From the human T2T-CHM13v2.0 reference genome, Homo sapiens, in assembly GCF_009914755.1 (NCBI RefSeq), contig NC_060926.1: DNA of 64,000 bases; one strand, given 5' to 3'. Made by a program: the position numbers and the translations under genes. This document shows positions 40,633 through 55,819 of the stretch, piece after piece; the stretch's first letter is position 1, and each line of letters opens with the position of its first letter. The notes beneath the pieces were generated by a model, which was given only the letters and a program-made list of their open reading frames with translations, was not told the DNA's origin and did not search any database.

Positions 40633-40975
40633 CCTATCTAAAGCAATTAGGCAAGAGAAATAAATAGAAGCATCCAAATTGGAAAAGAGAAAATCATATT
40701 GTCCCTGTTTGCAGATGACATGATCTTAGATATAGAAAACCCTAAAGACACCACCAAAAAACTGTAAGTACAAATAAACAAATTCAATAAAGTTGCAGGA
40801 TACAAAATCAACGCATAAAAATCAGTAGCATTTCTATATGCTAATAGTGAACTATCTATAAAAGAAATCAAGAAGACAATTCTATTTACAATAGCTACAA
40901 AAAGAGATACCTAACAATGAACTTAACCAAGGTGAAAGAAGTCTACACTAAAAACTATAAAACTTTGATGAAAGA

Positions 40976-41224
40976 TGTTCTCACTCATAGGTGGGAATTG
41001 AACAATGAGAACACATGGACACAGGAAGGGGAACATCACACTCTGGGGACTGTTGTGGGGTGGGGGGAGGGGGGAGGGATAGCATTAGGAGATATACCTA
41101 ATGCTAAATGATGAGTTAATGGGTGCAGCACACCAGCATGGCACACGTATACATATGTAACTAACCTGCACATTGTGCACATGTACCCTAAAACTTAAAG
41201 TACAATAAAAATAAAATTAAAAAA
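40976..41224 (+). mobile_element. L1PA2/3-type 3' end, 5'-truncated, nested
   Basis: G-rich L1PA 3' UTR, A tail; 17-bp TSD aaaactttgatgaaaga at 40959-40975 and 41225-41241. Confidence 0.92.
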
Positions 41225-41288
41225 AAAACTTTGATGAAAGAAATTGAAGAGGACACAAATATATGAAAAGATATCCCATGTACATGGA

Positions 41289-41468
41289 TTTTTTATTTTT
41301 TATGTATGTATGTATGTATTTATTTATTATTATTATACTTTAAGTTCTAGAGTACATGTGCACAATGTGCAGGTTTGTTACATATGTATACACGTGCCGT
41401 GTTGGTGTGCTGCACCCATTAACTCGTCATTTACATAAGGTATATCTCCTAATGCTATCCCTCCCCGC
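41289..41468 (-). mobile_element. L1PA4/5-type 3' end, 5'-truncated, nested
   Basis: ttatactttaagttctagagtacatgtgcac...ctaatgctatccctcccc with a (TATG)n/(TAT)n tail. Confidence 0.9.
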
Positions 41469-42479
41469 TTTAATTTTAATTCTTTAATTTAAAGAATTTA
41501 AATTTAAAGAATTAATATTGTTAAAATGGCCAACCTACCCAAAGCAATCTACAGATTTAATGCAATCCCTATCAAAATACCAATGACATTCTTCACAGAA
41601 ACAGAAACAAATCCTGAAATTCATATGAAACCATAAAAGATCCAAAAGAGCAAAAGCAATCCTGAGCAAAAAGAACAAAGCTGAAGGCATATCTGACTTC
41701 AAAATATACTGCAAAACTATAGTGACCAAAACTGCATGTACTAGAATAAAAACAGACACATAGACCAATAGAACAGAATAGAGCCCAGAAATAAATTTAT
41801 GCACTTACACTCAACTCCCATTCAACAAAAGTGCCAAGAACACATACTGGGTAAGAGACATTCTCTTCAATAAATGGTGCTGGGAACATTGGATATCCAT
41901 GTGCAGAAGGATGAGGGAAGGTGTTAAATTCTTTTCTGGGTTTACTGACTCCTTTTGTGTTTACTCCATTACTTTTCCAAGACCTCATGAGTCCATTATC
42001 ATGCCTGGGCAACCTAATATTGATGCTGAGGGGTTGCAAGAATGGAGTTTCAGTCTGGCTGATGAGGAGCAAATGTGCTGACTGGTCAGCAGGCAGATCC
42101 AAAGGTCTCCTTGCTTCTGCTTTCCTACTGAGACAGATAAATAAGTGCACAGTGGCAGGACTGACCAGGAGTCCCCTCTCTGTGGCCAGGATTTTCTCTC
42201 CAGCTAATGAACCGCTGTTATTTTGGGAGCATGATGTTTTATAGATCTTTTTTCTTTTAATGGACAGAGACTAATTCAACCATTTCCCACTGGCATATCT
42301 TACAAATGGTCACAGACAAAATGCCCAACCTTTTCATCCAGGTAGGCAGAACTTGGCTACTCTAAATACTATTTACTGTCCCACTCCTGTATAAAGTGTA
42401 CCAAAATACTGATAGTGCCTTACTCATCTCACCAGTACCCAGGAGGGACTGGAAGAGATGCTGCACTGACTTTTTTCAG

Positions 42480-42720
42480 CAACCATTTACCAAGCCTGTG
42501 CCACATGCTTTGACATTGAGCTGAGTGCTTTATATACATATTTTCATTTAATTCTCATTATAATCCTGTGAGGTAGGTACTGTGATCTCCACTTTACAGA
42601 CAGAGTAATCAAGATTTACGTGGTTAACTAACCTCTCCAGAGTCTCTTGATAAGTCTGAAGCCAATATACAGGTTCAGTTCTATCGGTGCAGAGACTCAG
42701 AGCCTAACTGCTACTCTTTG
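42480..42720 (-). mobile_element. MIR
   Basis: tcatttaattctcattataatcctgtgaggtaggtact...actttacaga. Confidence 0.7.
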
Positions 42721-42943
42721 CTATAGAGAGATTTACCATACCAACCATACCAGATTTACCATACCATACCAAGATAGAATACCAACTCTATATTCATAAA
42801 TGACCACTTTATTGAATAGTCCTATTCTTTATTTTCTGCACATGCCTTTCACTTCAACCAAACCTAAGCTGCAAGGAGGGCAAGGACAATGTTTAACATT
42901 CCCTTATCTCAGCTTTCCATTCTCACTGCAGCAGCTCTCCTAG

Positions 42944-43520
<577 letters not shown>

Positions 43521-43559
43521 ACCTCCTCCACGTTTCTTATTTCCTTTTCCCCACTTTGT

Positions 43560-44900
<1,341 letters not shown>

Positions 44901-45889
44901 TGGTTTAGAAATCCTACTTAATACTTTTTTCAAGAGATCAAATACATGTGACCTTTCTTCATAAACATCAGAGAACTACATAGTAGGACTCTATTAATTG
45001 GTAAAGTCATTCTGTTGTTTTGAGAAATGTAGTGGTAGGTTCATGTTAATAAGAATAATTATATAAGAGGTTGTAATATTACACAGGCATCAGAAATCTT
45101 TCTAAAAGGGTATGCTGCCAGGTATCCATATTCACTCCCCCACCCCCCTCCCTATATGGAGGACAAGCTACAGCTTTCACAAATAATGTGGGTAAGTGTG
45201 GGGTAGAGGCAGCAAGGAACCCACTGGCTGTGACATAACCAAAAACATCCTGGGGACTGCTTCTACAAATTTTGGACTCTTGAGACATGCAGGCAATCTG
45301 GAGATCTACAGAGGTATCTGTAGAAGGGAGGCTCTCAGGGTGGGTTTCCTACTACCTCATTTCCAGTCACTAAAAGCCATCATAACTGAGGAATCTGTTC
45401 TAGATTAGGTGATGTCACGAAAAATGTAAACATAATTGCTAAAGAGTTGAGGAGCTCAATTGAGAAAATAATGTTGCTAGACCTGCTGAATGGCTAGAAT
45501 TCTGAGTTTCCTAATGTCTAATTCAGGAGGCACAGTAGTAAACAAGAATTCACAATCTTTTTTTCTTCTCTTTTAAAAAATGAAGTACTTTTCAATTTTT
45601 AAAGCTTTGATATCACTGGAGGGATATGGCGGAAATTCTGGCCATAAAATACAAATATTGTTGTGTGGTTTTTTATGTGTTTGAATGAAAGTTAACACTA
45701 AAATTCCTTATTTGATTTTTCATAGAGAAGCCTAGAGTAGAGGGGAAGGAATAGGGATAAAGGTATAGCAAGTAAACCTGTCAGTCACTCGATTTACTGA
45801 AATGAAACCTTGGTTTGGACCACGAGAAAGTGTGGTAAAATACCTTAAAAGAGTGTTTCTGTTTTAATATTACATGTTTAAAAAAATCA

Positions 45890-46060
45890 ATTTAGCTTAA
45901 ACAACCCTTTGAGTTAAATATTATATGTAATTATTCTTATATTACCAATGAGGAGATTAAGGTTCCAAGAATTGAAGAGATTTGTTCAAATAAGTAAATA
46001 AGTGATAAAATTGGAATTTGAACCCGTTTCTGACTATAAGTCAAGTGTCATTTCCAGTAC
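45890..46060 (-). mobile_element. MIR
   Basis: aacaacccttt...aatgaggagattaaggttc...ggaatttgaaccc...tctgact. Confidence 0.55.
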
Positions 46061-47049
46061 ACACCATAACTGCCTTCTTGTTGTTCTGTCTCTGAGAGAA
46101 ATTTAAACCCATGCACACCACATGAGTTGTGCAGCAGGTAACTGTGGCAAGATATGGTCTGTGCTTTACAATGTACGTCAAATGGTCCAGCCAGACCCCA
46201 GGGCAATTGTTTCTAAAATGACCCTGAGGGATTTTTGGAGTATTATGTCATGCAAAGCCTCTCCTCATTAACAATCCTGCAAAAGCCAGCAAATGCTGTT
46301 TCTGACCCTTGGAACAGCTAAAGGAAGTTGAAAGGTCAAGAAAGTTCTCTTGCTGGTAGACTATACACTGGTACCTTGTTGATACCATTGTGATGTGATC
46401 TAAGCCAAAATTCTCAAGCCCTTTGACCAGCTGTCTTCAAAGCTAGAGCCCTACCTAGTGGGGTTATTCTTCTTCGGCATAACACAGGGCCTGATGCCAA
46501 CAACCAAACTGGCGCTTTCCAACGTTGTGCAACTGAATTCCAAATAATTAGGCCCTATATTCATCTTTGTTGTTGACCAAAACATTGAAAGAAAATGGCA
46601 AATTTCCTTGTTCATAAAATGACTGGCTAGGGACACATAGGAAAGCCTTGCCATTCATCCAGGGTGAGTTTTAAGAAGGCTCATAAATACAGAACAACAG
46701 ACGTAGCAGAACGACAGTACTGAGAAGCAAGACACCATCTTACATTTGGTGCTCCTTTCTTTTGGGCAGAACAGTGAAGAGATTAACATAGGCAATGTAA
46801 ACAATTCAACAGCATGCGAAAAGTGTCAGGAGTGATCCTGAACAGTAAGGTGTCTCTCGTTATGGAGATTGGTGGCTTTGATTCAGAATTTGTGTTTTCC
46901 TCACATATATGTAACACGGGACCAAGAGAACACCTAATTAATAATCTATTTGTATATTCTTCCTACTCAGGAGCATCCCTCTCCTCCATATTTAGGAGCA
47001 CATCAAACGGGGCAAAATTGGTAAACAAGTTCATATCACTCCCGAAAGA

Positions 47050-47250
47050 AAGAATTCTGAAATCAAACTGCCTGGGTTCAAATACCAAATCCATTACTTA
47101 CTAGTTGCAATTAATTGCTTTATTCTTTTGGGTCACAGTTTTCTCATCTATAACATGGAGATAACTTTAGTATTATTCAATGTGAGTATTAAATGTGATG
47201 CTGCAAAGAGTTTAGCCACTGCAGCGCATAAACGGTGGTTACTGTTACTA
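47050..47250 (+). mobile_element. MIR
   Basis: ctgcctgggttcaaat...cagttttctcatctataacatgg. Confidence 0.65.
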
Positions 47251-47330
47251 TTGTAGGTGGAAAATTTTATTCTCGGGAAATCTATATTAGAATTTCTCAC
47301 AAGAAAGGCAACCAGAGTCAAGCAAAGAAC

Positions 47331-47621
47331 TTTCTTTCTTTCTTTTTCTGAGATGGAGTCTCATTCTGTCGCCCAGGCTGGAGTGCAATCTCGGCTCATT
47401 GCAACCTCCACCTCCCAGGCTCAAGCAATCCCACCTCAGCCTCCTGAGTAGCTGGGACCACAGGCACTCACCACCACACCCAGCTAATTTTTTGTATTTT
47501 TAGTAGAGACAGGGTTTTGCCATGTTGCCTAGGTGGGTCTCGAACTCCTGGGCTCAAGCAATCTGCCCACCTCCGCCTCCCAAAGTGCTGAAACTACAGG
47601 CGTGAGCCACCACGCAGAGCC
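47331..47621 (-). mobile_element. Alu (AluJb/Sz-like)
   Basis: Dimer with small deletions; TSD-like gaacttt. Confidence 0.9.
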
Positions 47622-47841
47622 ATGAACTTTATTTCTGAGGGTGTTTTGCATGCAGGAAATAAAGGATATTCAGAAATCAAACGGAACAGAGCTGCAGATT
47701 ATCCCAGAGAGGTACAGTCTAGCTAGAAAGCAGGAAAGGAAATCCATTAAGGGTACTTTGAGCCTGGAGGTGGTGAAGCACATACTTTCCTAAATTTGGA
47801 AGAGTGAGAATATTTGTGTCTGATCAAAAGTAAGGAGGAAA

Positions 47842-48369
<528 letters not shown>

Positions 48370-49981
48370 GGCAGGAAAACGGCATATGAATTACATCTCC
48401 ATGATAAAAAAAAATGAGGAAAGCCTCATGGCTAATGAGAAAATATGTTAGATAAGAAAGATAAAGAGAGGTTTCAGCAGAAGCCATGAAGGTAGGTAGA
48501 GGAAAAGGTGGCTACAAAGAATTTTGGAGAAACTGTTTATGTAGCATAAAGCATAAAACCTTTAAGCCATGCCTTTTAGAAGAACCTAGATTAAAGAGAT
48601 AGGTTATTCTTCAATGCTTCTGGGATTGGGATATGTTTTGTTTGAAAGAGACTCCAGGCAGAATCCGGACCATGTGGGGTCTCAAGATTTATTCAGGTTA
48701 CAATTAGAGAGTGGGTTACATCCATTTGAGCAACATCAAATCCAACCGTGTGTTAGTCACATTTTTTCTGGGTTATGATTCAGATTTTGAAATGGCCACA
48801 GACAGGCTGACTTACATGATTCTGTGAAGGAAGCAGACTTACAAAACAGAAACATCTCTCGAGATTTTATTAATTAGTGGCAGTCATAATGAATGGGGAA
48901 CATTGTACGTTGTATAGTGACATCTATTATTTTGTTTGCCTTCAATCAACTTCCAGAAATAAGGTTGGTGCTCTGGGTGGTGCCTAAAGTAGAACAAGGG
49001 TGCTATTTACTAAATTACTATCGCATACTTCTCAATGATATAAGCAAGGTACTAAAAGCAACATAATATCCACCAATTAGCTTCCAATGACACATCTGCA
49101 TACAGAAATGATCAGCCATCTCTGTGTCTAATAACATAAGTGTGTTTACTGAAATATGTCTCCTGAACATTTTGTGTAAACTGCCTTTTAACCTTTGGTG
49201 CACTGTGGAGCATTAGTAACACTGATGCAAGTGGAGGGAGAATAGGAGTTAATGGAATATTGCAGTAAGTTGATAATGGTTTTTAATAAACTCTACTTCT
49301 TTTATTATTGGAAAATTAGCAACATGAACTGTAATATTCATGAAAGCATGCTGAGATTTCTAGTAACTAGGTTTTATAGGCATGAATCTCTCCCAAAGCA
49401 ACAAAGAATATACAGGGGGAAAATAGGTTGTGACCAAGTCCAGTGTGCTATGGAATGTACAATTAGATGCAAGAATTCGGCTTTTAAAAAACACATCTAG
49501 CCTGATTAAAAACAAGGATTTAGGGTTATAAAAACAAAAACAAACAAAGCAAAGCAACCCCTCCCCCTTGTCATTAATGACAGACTGCCTTGGGCTATGC
49601 AAATTATTAAAAAAGAATTCGGTTAGGAATTCCCAACCAATGTAGAGATTACATTTCACATTTGTGCAGTTTGCATAACAGGCACATTTAACTTACATAA
49701 ATCCAACTTTTAATGCTTGAGGGAGAAGGAGAAAGAAAGTAATTTAAACAGTGATGGCCATTTCCCCCACCACTCCTCATAGTGAACGTGCCCCCACAGT
49801 ATCCTGAGATGACAGACATGAATCTGCAGGTTCTTCTTCAAGACTCTCAGTGTTTTCATCATCAGGCCATACTAGGGGTGATTCCAGCCTTTAAAAATAC
49901 ACGTATTTCAGATGCTGAGCCCATAAATGGCAACTAGCTACTTCATCTGTGTATTGGGTACACACACGTATACATTTCCTG

Positions 49982-50495
49982 TGTTTTATTATGTTTGAGA
50001 CAACTTTAAAAGCTTTCTGGCTGGGGAGAGATTGCTCCTTCTGGGGCTAGCCAACTTTCAGAGATAACAAGGGTTCAGTCAGGAAAATGCTTTTGATATG
50101 CAAACTAATCAATCCAGAGTCAGCTCTCCCCTATCTGGCCCATATACCCCAGGAGACAATATTCCTCTGCCTTGGTCATCCCAGGGCTACGTGTCACCCC
50201 TATAGTTTAGAGCCTGCTGAAGTTATTCAAACTAGCCAACCCTAAACTGTTTTCATCCTGCCCTGCCTTGCCTTTCCCAAGGAAACCCCAATAAAAGCTC
50301 TGGCCTAAATGTTCCCCTTGTTCCTGTTTTCTGCCTCCTGACCACCCTGGTGTCTTTCCCATGTGGCCCTATGTGGTGTGCTGTGCCTTTATATGTAGGA
50401 CTCGTAAGTACAATAAATGTTGTTTTCCTGAGCCTCTCCTGTGTCTTCTCCCAAGGCTACTCCTGACTGACCATCACATAAAAGAATACAAAACA
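49982..50495 (+). mobile_element. ERVL solo LTR (MER54/MER73/MER74 group)
   Basis: tgtttt...aaaaca termini; gggctagccaa, atatgcaaac, ttattcaaactagccaa, caataaa motifs. Confidence 0.75.
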
Positions 50496-51599
50496 ATCTG
50501 AAAGTCAACCAAGGAAATAGTAATCAAGAATAATTCTGAATAGACGTAATTTCTACTTTATGCATGACTGTAAACCTTAACTTCACTGAACTAGACCAGG
50601 TAAGACTTTATCTCCACATGGTTCCTCCAGTCCTGACAATAACAGACTAGAACCTGTGCTGCTGCAGTGATCTTAAGGCTAAATAAATTCTAAATCACCC
50701 TTCTTTCTGAGTAGCCCCTCCAGTGTGTCAGTTCTCCTTATCCCAAGCTGATGAAGTAAAGATGAGTATTTGGGGTTTTGTCAACACTTAAGGCAGTGAG
50801 CACCTCAGAAAGAGGTGTTTTGTCTCTTGGCCTTGGTTCAGGGGACCTCTTCCTTCTAGACCCTCCCAGGTACAGCTGTGCCCCCTTACTCTACCACTGC
50901 ACCAGTATAGTCCACTAGAAATCCTCCTCTACATGTCTGTCTCCTTCTGGGTGGGGAAAATGGTCTGGCACCTTGCAGGTGTTTCCTGAATGAACGAAAG
51001 ATGACTGCCTCCCAGCAACTGAGAACAGAGGAATCCCTCATTCTCAAAATCTGCAGTTTAGTTTGACAGTTTTATAAATGATCAGTTCACTCTGTGTACA
51101 CACAACATGTAAGAGCTTCAAAATTTTTAAATGCTGATTCAGTCTCAATTAACCTGTTGGGTAATTTACAGTTATACGGCAAACACCGGGATACGAAACC
51201 ACCTTTGTTACTCCTCCTATAAGCTCCTGTATATGGGAGTTGTTTCCTGGACCTTCTACTTTCACTGAATCTTAAGACCATCCTGACTGTTCTTCTCCAT
51301 GATGATTGACTCTCTTTAGCTTTTCAGTTTCCTTTTTAGTATTAAACAGTACATCTCCTGACAATATTTTAAACAGAGAAACAGGTATCTAAATAAGATA
51401 GAAAGTCTTTGACAAATAGAAAGCATCCAATCTATTATTTCTTCATCCCTATGCTAGGGACCCTTGCTCTGATTCAATGTGCGCATGAGCTCTTTCAGAA
51501 GGCTGGGCAGTGAGGAATGCCCAGGCAGGTGCCTGCCATGAGAACCTGCATGTGATCACCACACAGCTTGGATGAGAACAATACCATGGCAAACTTATG

Positions 51600-51900
51600 T
51601 CTACAGAGACAGCCCTACAGACTGGCATCACACGTGCTGTGGATTTGCCATCCCTAATCTAGGAACACAACTTTTGATTCACAGGGAATTGGCTTTCGCA
51701 TTGCTTGTTGGGCTTTTAAACCAGTGAATGGAAAGAATAAAAAGTTTTCTCCACACAACTTCTCGGAAGAGATCTGCCCTGTGATCTGCAATGTCCTGAC
51801 GTTCAAACTTCTAAGTCATCTGTGGAGACCGCTCAACTGATTCCAAGTGGAAGTACTAAGACTGTCATTTCAGGTCAGCTGCTTCTTAAGCACCAGCTAC
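51600..51900. promoter_or_regulatory. Candidate enhancer with a STAT GAS site
   Basis: TTCTCGGAA 51760-51768, CACGTG 51631, TGACGT 51797 in non-repetitive DNA. Confidence 0.25.
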
Positions 51901-52416
51901 CTCAGGCCCTAACAGCCTCATCTTCCTGTATATGCTCAGATTACTCTGCAAATGCTCTTTGTAGCACAAACTAGTAGCATTATCCATTAACCTAAAATAA
52001 TTATTACATTAAGTATTTACATGAATCAACACTACTATCTTTTTTAAAAAAAAACAACAAAGTACTTTTTTATGCACTAATTCATCATCACCGAGCAAAG
52101 TTGTTGTTTCTACTTCAGAATGATAACACTGAGTTACTGCTAAATGAAAAACAATAGTAACATACCTTTTCAAATACACTATAAAATTGCAGCAGAGCTT
52201 GGTTTTGTTGCCTCTCACTCTGGGTCCCAGCTCAATAAATATCTGTTAACTGGTTAGCGAACTCCCCAATGTTTATCTTGTATGGAAAAAAACTAGCAGT
52301 AATACAGCACACTTTGATGCAACCAGGTGGTTCTCACAATCAAGATCTTACAAACACAACGATGTGTTATATGGTAACTACCCAAGCTATGAAGCCAGAC
52401 AACTTTATTGGATGAG

Positions 52417-52975
52417 TGCTCCAGTTATCTACTGCTGCATAACCAAAGGACCCCAAAACTCAGCTAGATAAAACCACTACCATTTCATTATCCTCACAGA
52501 TTCTTGGCTCAGGAATTCCGAAATGGCACAGTGGAGACAGCTATTCTCTGTTCCATAATATCTGTGGTCTTAGCTGGGGTCACTTGATGAACTGGGGGCT
52601 AGAACACTGGAGCTGGACAATCTACTTCCAAGAAGGCTTCTTCATGTAGATGCCTGGTACAAGGCTAGGAAGGATAAGGTATAGACTCAACCAAGACTGT
52701 CATCCAGAGCACTTACATGAAGCCTTTATGGCATGTAGCTGGACTTTTTACATAGTGGCTCAAGTCTCGAAATGCAAGTGTTTCCAATGAACGAGGCAGA
52801 AGTATAGCTTTTTATGTCTTAGCCTTGGAAGTTACACAGGGTCATTTCTGCCGTACTCCCTTGGTCAAAGTAGTCACAACCTCTCCCCCATCACATTTAA
52901 GGGGAAGGACCACAGGCCCACCTCTCATTGTGAGGAGAGTCAACGTATTTACAATCATGTTTTAAAATACCTACA
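52417..52975 (-). mobile_element. MLT1G/H-like solo LTR
   Basis: cagttatctactgctgcataac...ccccaaaactcag...tagccttggaagttacac...catgttttaaaatacctaca. Confidence 0.75.
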
Positions 52976-53366
52976 GTAAATCTTCAGCCTCTTGTCTGGT
53001 GCACTAACATTTTGAACTTGAAATTTTTAATGATAAGCCTGTGTGCTTACAGAATATGAGCCACTAAGTGTCTGCGATTATATTTCTAGAAAATCAGCTT
53101 CTGAATTGTGGGAGGCCACAGTCCCAGGGCAATATAATGCCTACATGGACGTTATGTAAATATTAATTTGGAATAACAACAAAAGGATACAACTGGTGGA
53201 AAATCTGTTGTCTATCTTTGGCCCTTTAGTATTTTCCTTTGGTGATTTTTCCCATCTCCATTAAGGCTATATAGCAATCAGATGCCCGAGGTTAAATTAA
53301 AGCATTTAAGGAGCTAGGAACCTTAGGGGGAAATAATTTAAATTTATAGAGCTAACCATTAGGCTT

Positions 53367-53570
53367 GAGGTGGCAAACTCAAACTCCTACCACAGCCAGG
53401 CTGGCAGAGGAGTAAGTGTGGCTGGGGTAAGTCAGTGGAAGTACTGGGGACTGAAGTTCACTGGAAACATTTGCCTTAAGGTATGTAAATTCCATTTAAA
53501 AAAAAAAAAAAAACAAAAAAAAACTTCATTTTCCAAAACTGGCCTTTGAACCATAGCTTATAATCCTTAA
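53367..53570 (+). mobile_element. MER102-like hAT fragment
   Basis: ggtggcaaactcaaactcctac...gccaggc...ggggactg...ctgga. Confidence 0.45.
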
Positions 53571-53624
53571 TTTAGATTAGGTGGCGGGTATTTCCTAGAT
53601 TTATGGTTTTTTGCCCTAGTTCTG

Positions 53625-53680
53625 TTGGTCTGTTTTCCACTCCTCTATGAGATTGGTCTGTTTTCCACTCCTCTATGAGA
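53625..53680. repeat. Perfect 28-bp tandem duplication
   Basis: ttggtctgttttccactcctctatgaga at 53625-53652 and 53653-53680. Confidence 0.95.
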
Positions 53681-53709
53681 AAATAAACATTGAATATATA
53701 ATTCTGTAG

Positions 53710-53940
53710 CTAATAACAAACATATAATGAGAATGTACTATGTCCAGGTGCTAAGTATTTTATTTAATGATCAGTAGTCCTTTGGGGTGGGTATTACTGG
53801 GCCCATTTTACAAATAAGGAAACTGGGCTTCAGGAAATTTAAATTAACCTGAAAAAGGTCCTAAAGCTAGTAAGTGGCAGAGATTAGGTTCATACTGAGG
53901 TATGTCTGCCCCCAACACCTATGGTGTTAACCACTCCATG
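53710..53940 (-). mobile_element. MIR
   Basis: cccattttacaaataaggaaactggg...aaggtc...agctagtaagtggcagag. Confidence 0.75.
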
Positions 53941-54159
53941 TTAGAATATGGTGCTCTGGATGAACGTGGCTCCCCTAAGGTGAGTGGCCAACAAGCAGGG
54001 GCCTATCTTTGCTGACACTTCTTTGGGTGTAACCCACCCAGCTACTCTAATTTTGGGATAGAAATGGAGCTTACCTGTGTCAGTGAATATATGGGGATAG
54101 TACCTCTTACCTAGGAATCCTGTCCTGGAAGTCTAAGACTGCGTAAGAAACAGAGTTCA

Positions 54160-54575
<416 letters not shown>

Positions 54576-55819
54576 TCACCTGACATAAAACCATCCATCA
54601 GCAAGGTGCTACTCACATATTTATCAGAGAAAGCACAAGTCATGGACTGTGTGAGGCAGGCATTTCCGTACTCAACAACCTCTCCTGGTAGACCACCACA
54701 GATTCTCCCCTTAGTAAATCTATTTTTAAAAAGCCCCCTTTAAAAATCCTCCTCTACTTCCTTGAAGAGAAAATTCAAATAGAGTTCTCATACATCAAAC
54801 ATATGACAGAGGCAGTTTTTAATCATTTAAATTATTTATCCTTTATTGTTTAATGCTTTATATCATTCTTCCATGCATAATTTATTGTACCATTTATGTT
54901 TATTAAAAATTGATCATGGAGACATGCTCTCTCTCCATTCTCTGAGGCTACAGATATTTCTTTGTCAAATCACTTGGGAATAGACAACAAAGTGTTCTAC
55001 TAAATTTCTTTTTCATTCACTTTAACTGTTTGTATGTCCCTTTCTTTTCTTAGGAGTCCTTTTCTTCCACTAAAAACTAGAGTTTATCTTTGTGTATTAA
55101 CTGCTCAGTTTCTTTTTTATATAAAGAGAAAGCTTGTCTGAAGGCCCCCTTTCTATTCATTAAAGCTTTCAGAAAAAAAGGCTTATTTTACTTTTCTAAT
55201 TTTTGAACGCAAATGTAAAAAGGAGGCACAAAAGAACAAGATTCTAGAGTCTTCTGTGCTACAGGCCATAGCTTGTGGAACCAACCCCCTTTCTCTTTGC
55301 CTTTTCTACTTTATTCCTTTTTTTTTTTCCTCCTCAGATGATTCATACTTTCCTTGCCCTTATTATGTCTGCAGTCAGTTCTTAACTCTCTTCTGACTAG
55401 TTTGGTTTTTTTCCCTTCTATATCTTCCGATTGCTCCCCAATTCCTCTCACCTTTGCGCTTCTCAACCCTATGTCCTGAACTGCTCTCTGCAACCCACCA
55501 ACCCCAGTCCTGAACTGTGCATCACCAGCGTCTCTGACCCACTGCCACAAACCTGGTCATTCTACTCTTCTCTACCAGAGGACAGGGGAGAAGCAAAAAG
55601 GAGCAAAGTATGTGAGAGGCAAGGAAGCTAAGCAGAGCTAAGAAGCACCTAAGAGGCTCACAACATATTAGTCCTGAAAAAGGTTTGTGGCAGACCACTG
55701 AATTCAAAGGCATCTAACTTGGTATGTCCACGCTGGCTCTCCTCAGTATTCCAGCCCATTTCCATGAGGTCCAACCATGTTCCACTTCCAGTGTTCCCTA
55801 TTGCAAGATGAGACCATGA

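Larger units (their letters stand above)
40635..41912 (+). mobile_element. Inverted 5' segment of the same L1 (ORF2 reverse-transcriptase remnant)
   Basis: tccctgtttgcagatgacatgatc encodes SLFADDMI (RT catalytic motif); ends aataaatggtgctgggaa...atccatgtgcagaag. Confidence 0.88.

Noticed and set aside
41046-41078. G-quadruplex-capable run
   Set aside because: Standard feature of the L1PA 3' UTR.
40635-41912. Reverse-transcriptase FADD motif as a possible active RT gene
   Set aside because: Fragment of a dead, interrupted L1 ORF2.
46431-46670. Strong plus-strand donor AGG|GTGAGT near 46663
   Set aside because: Weak upstream acceptor and no other support.
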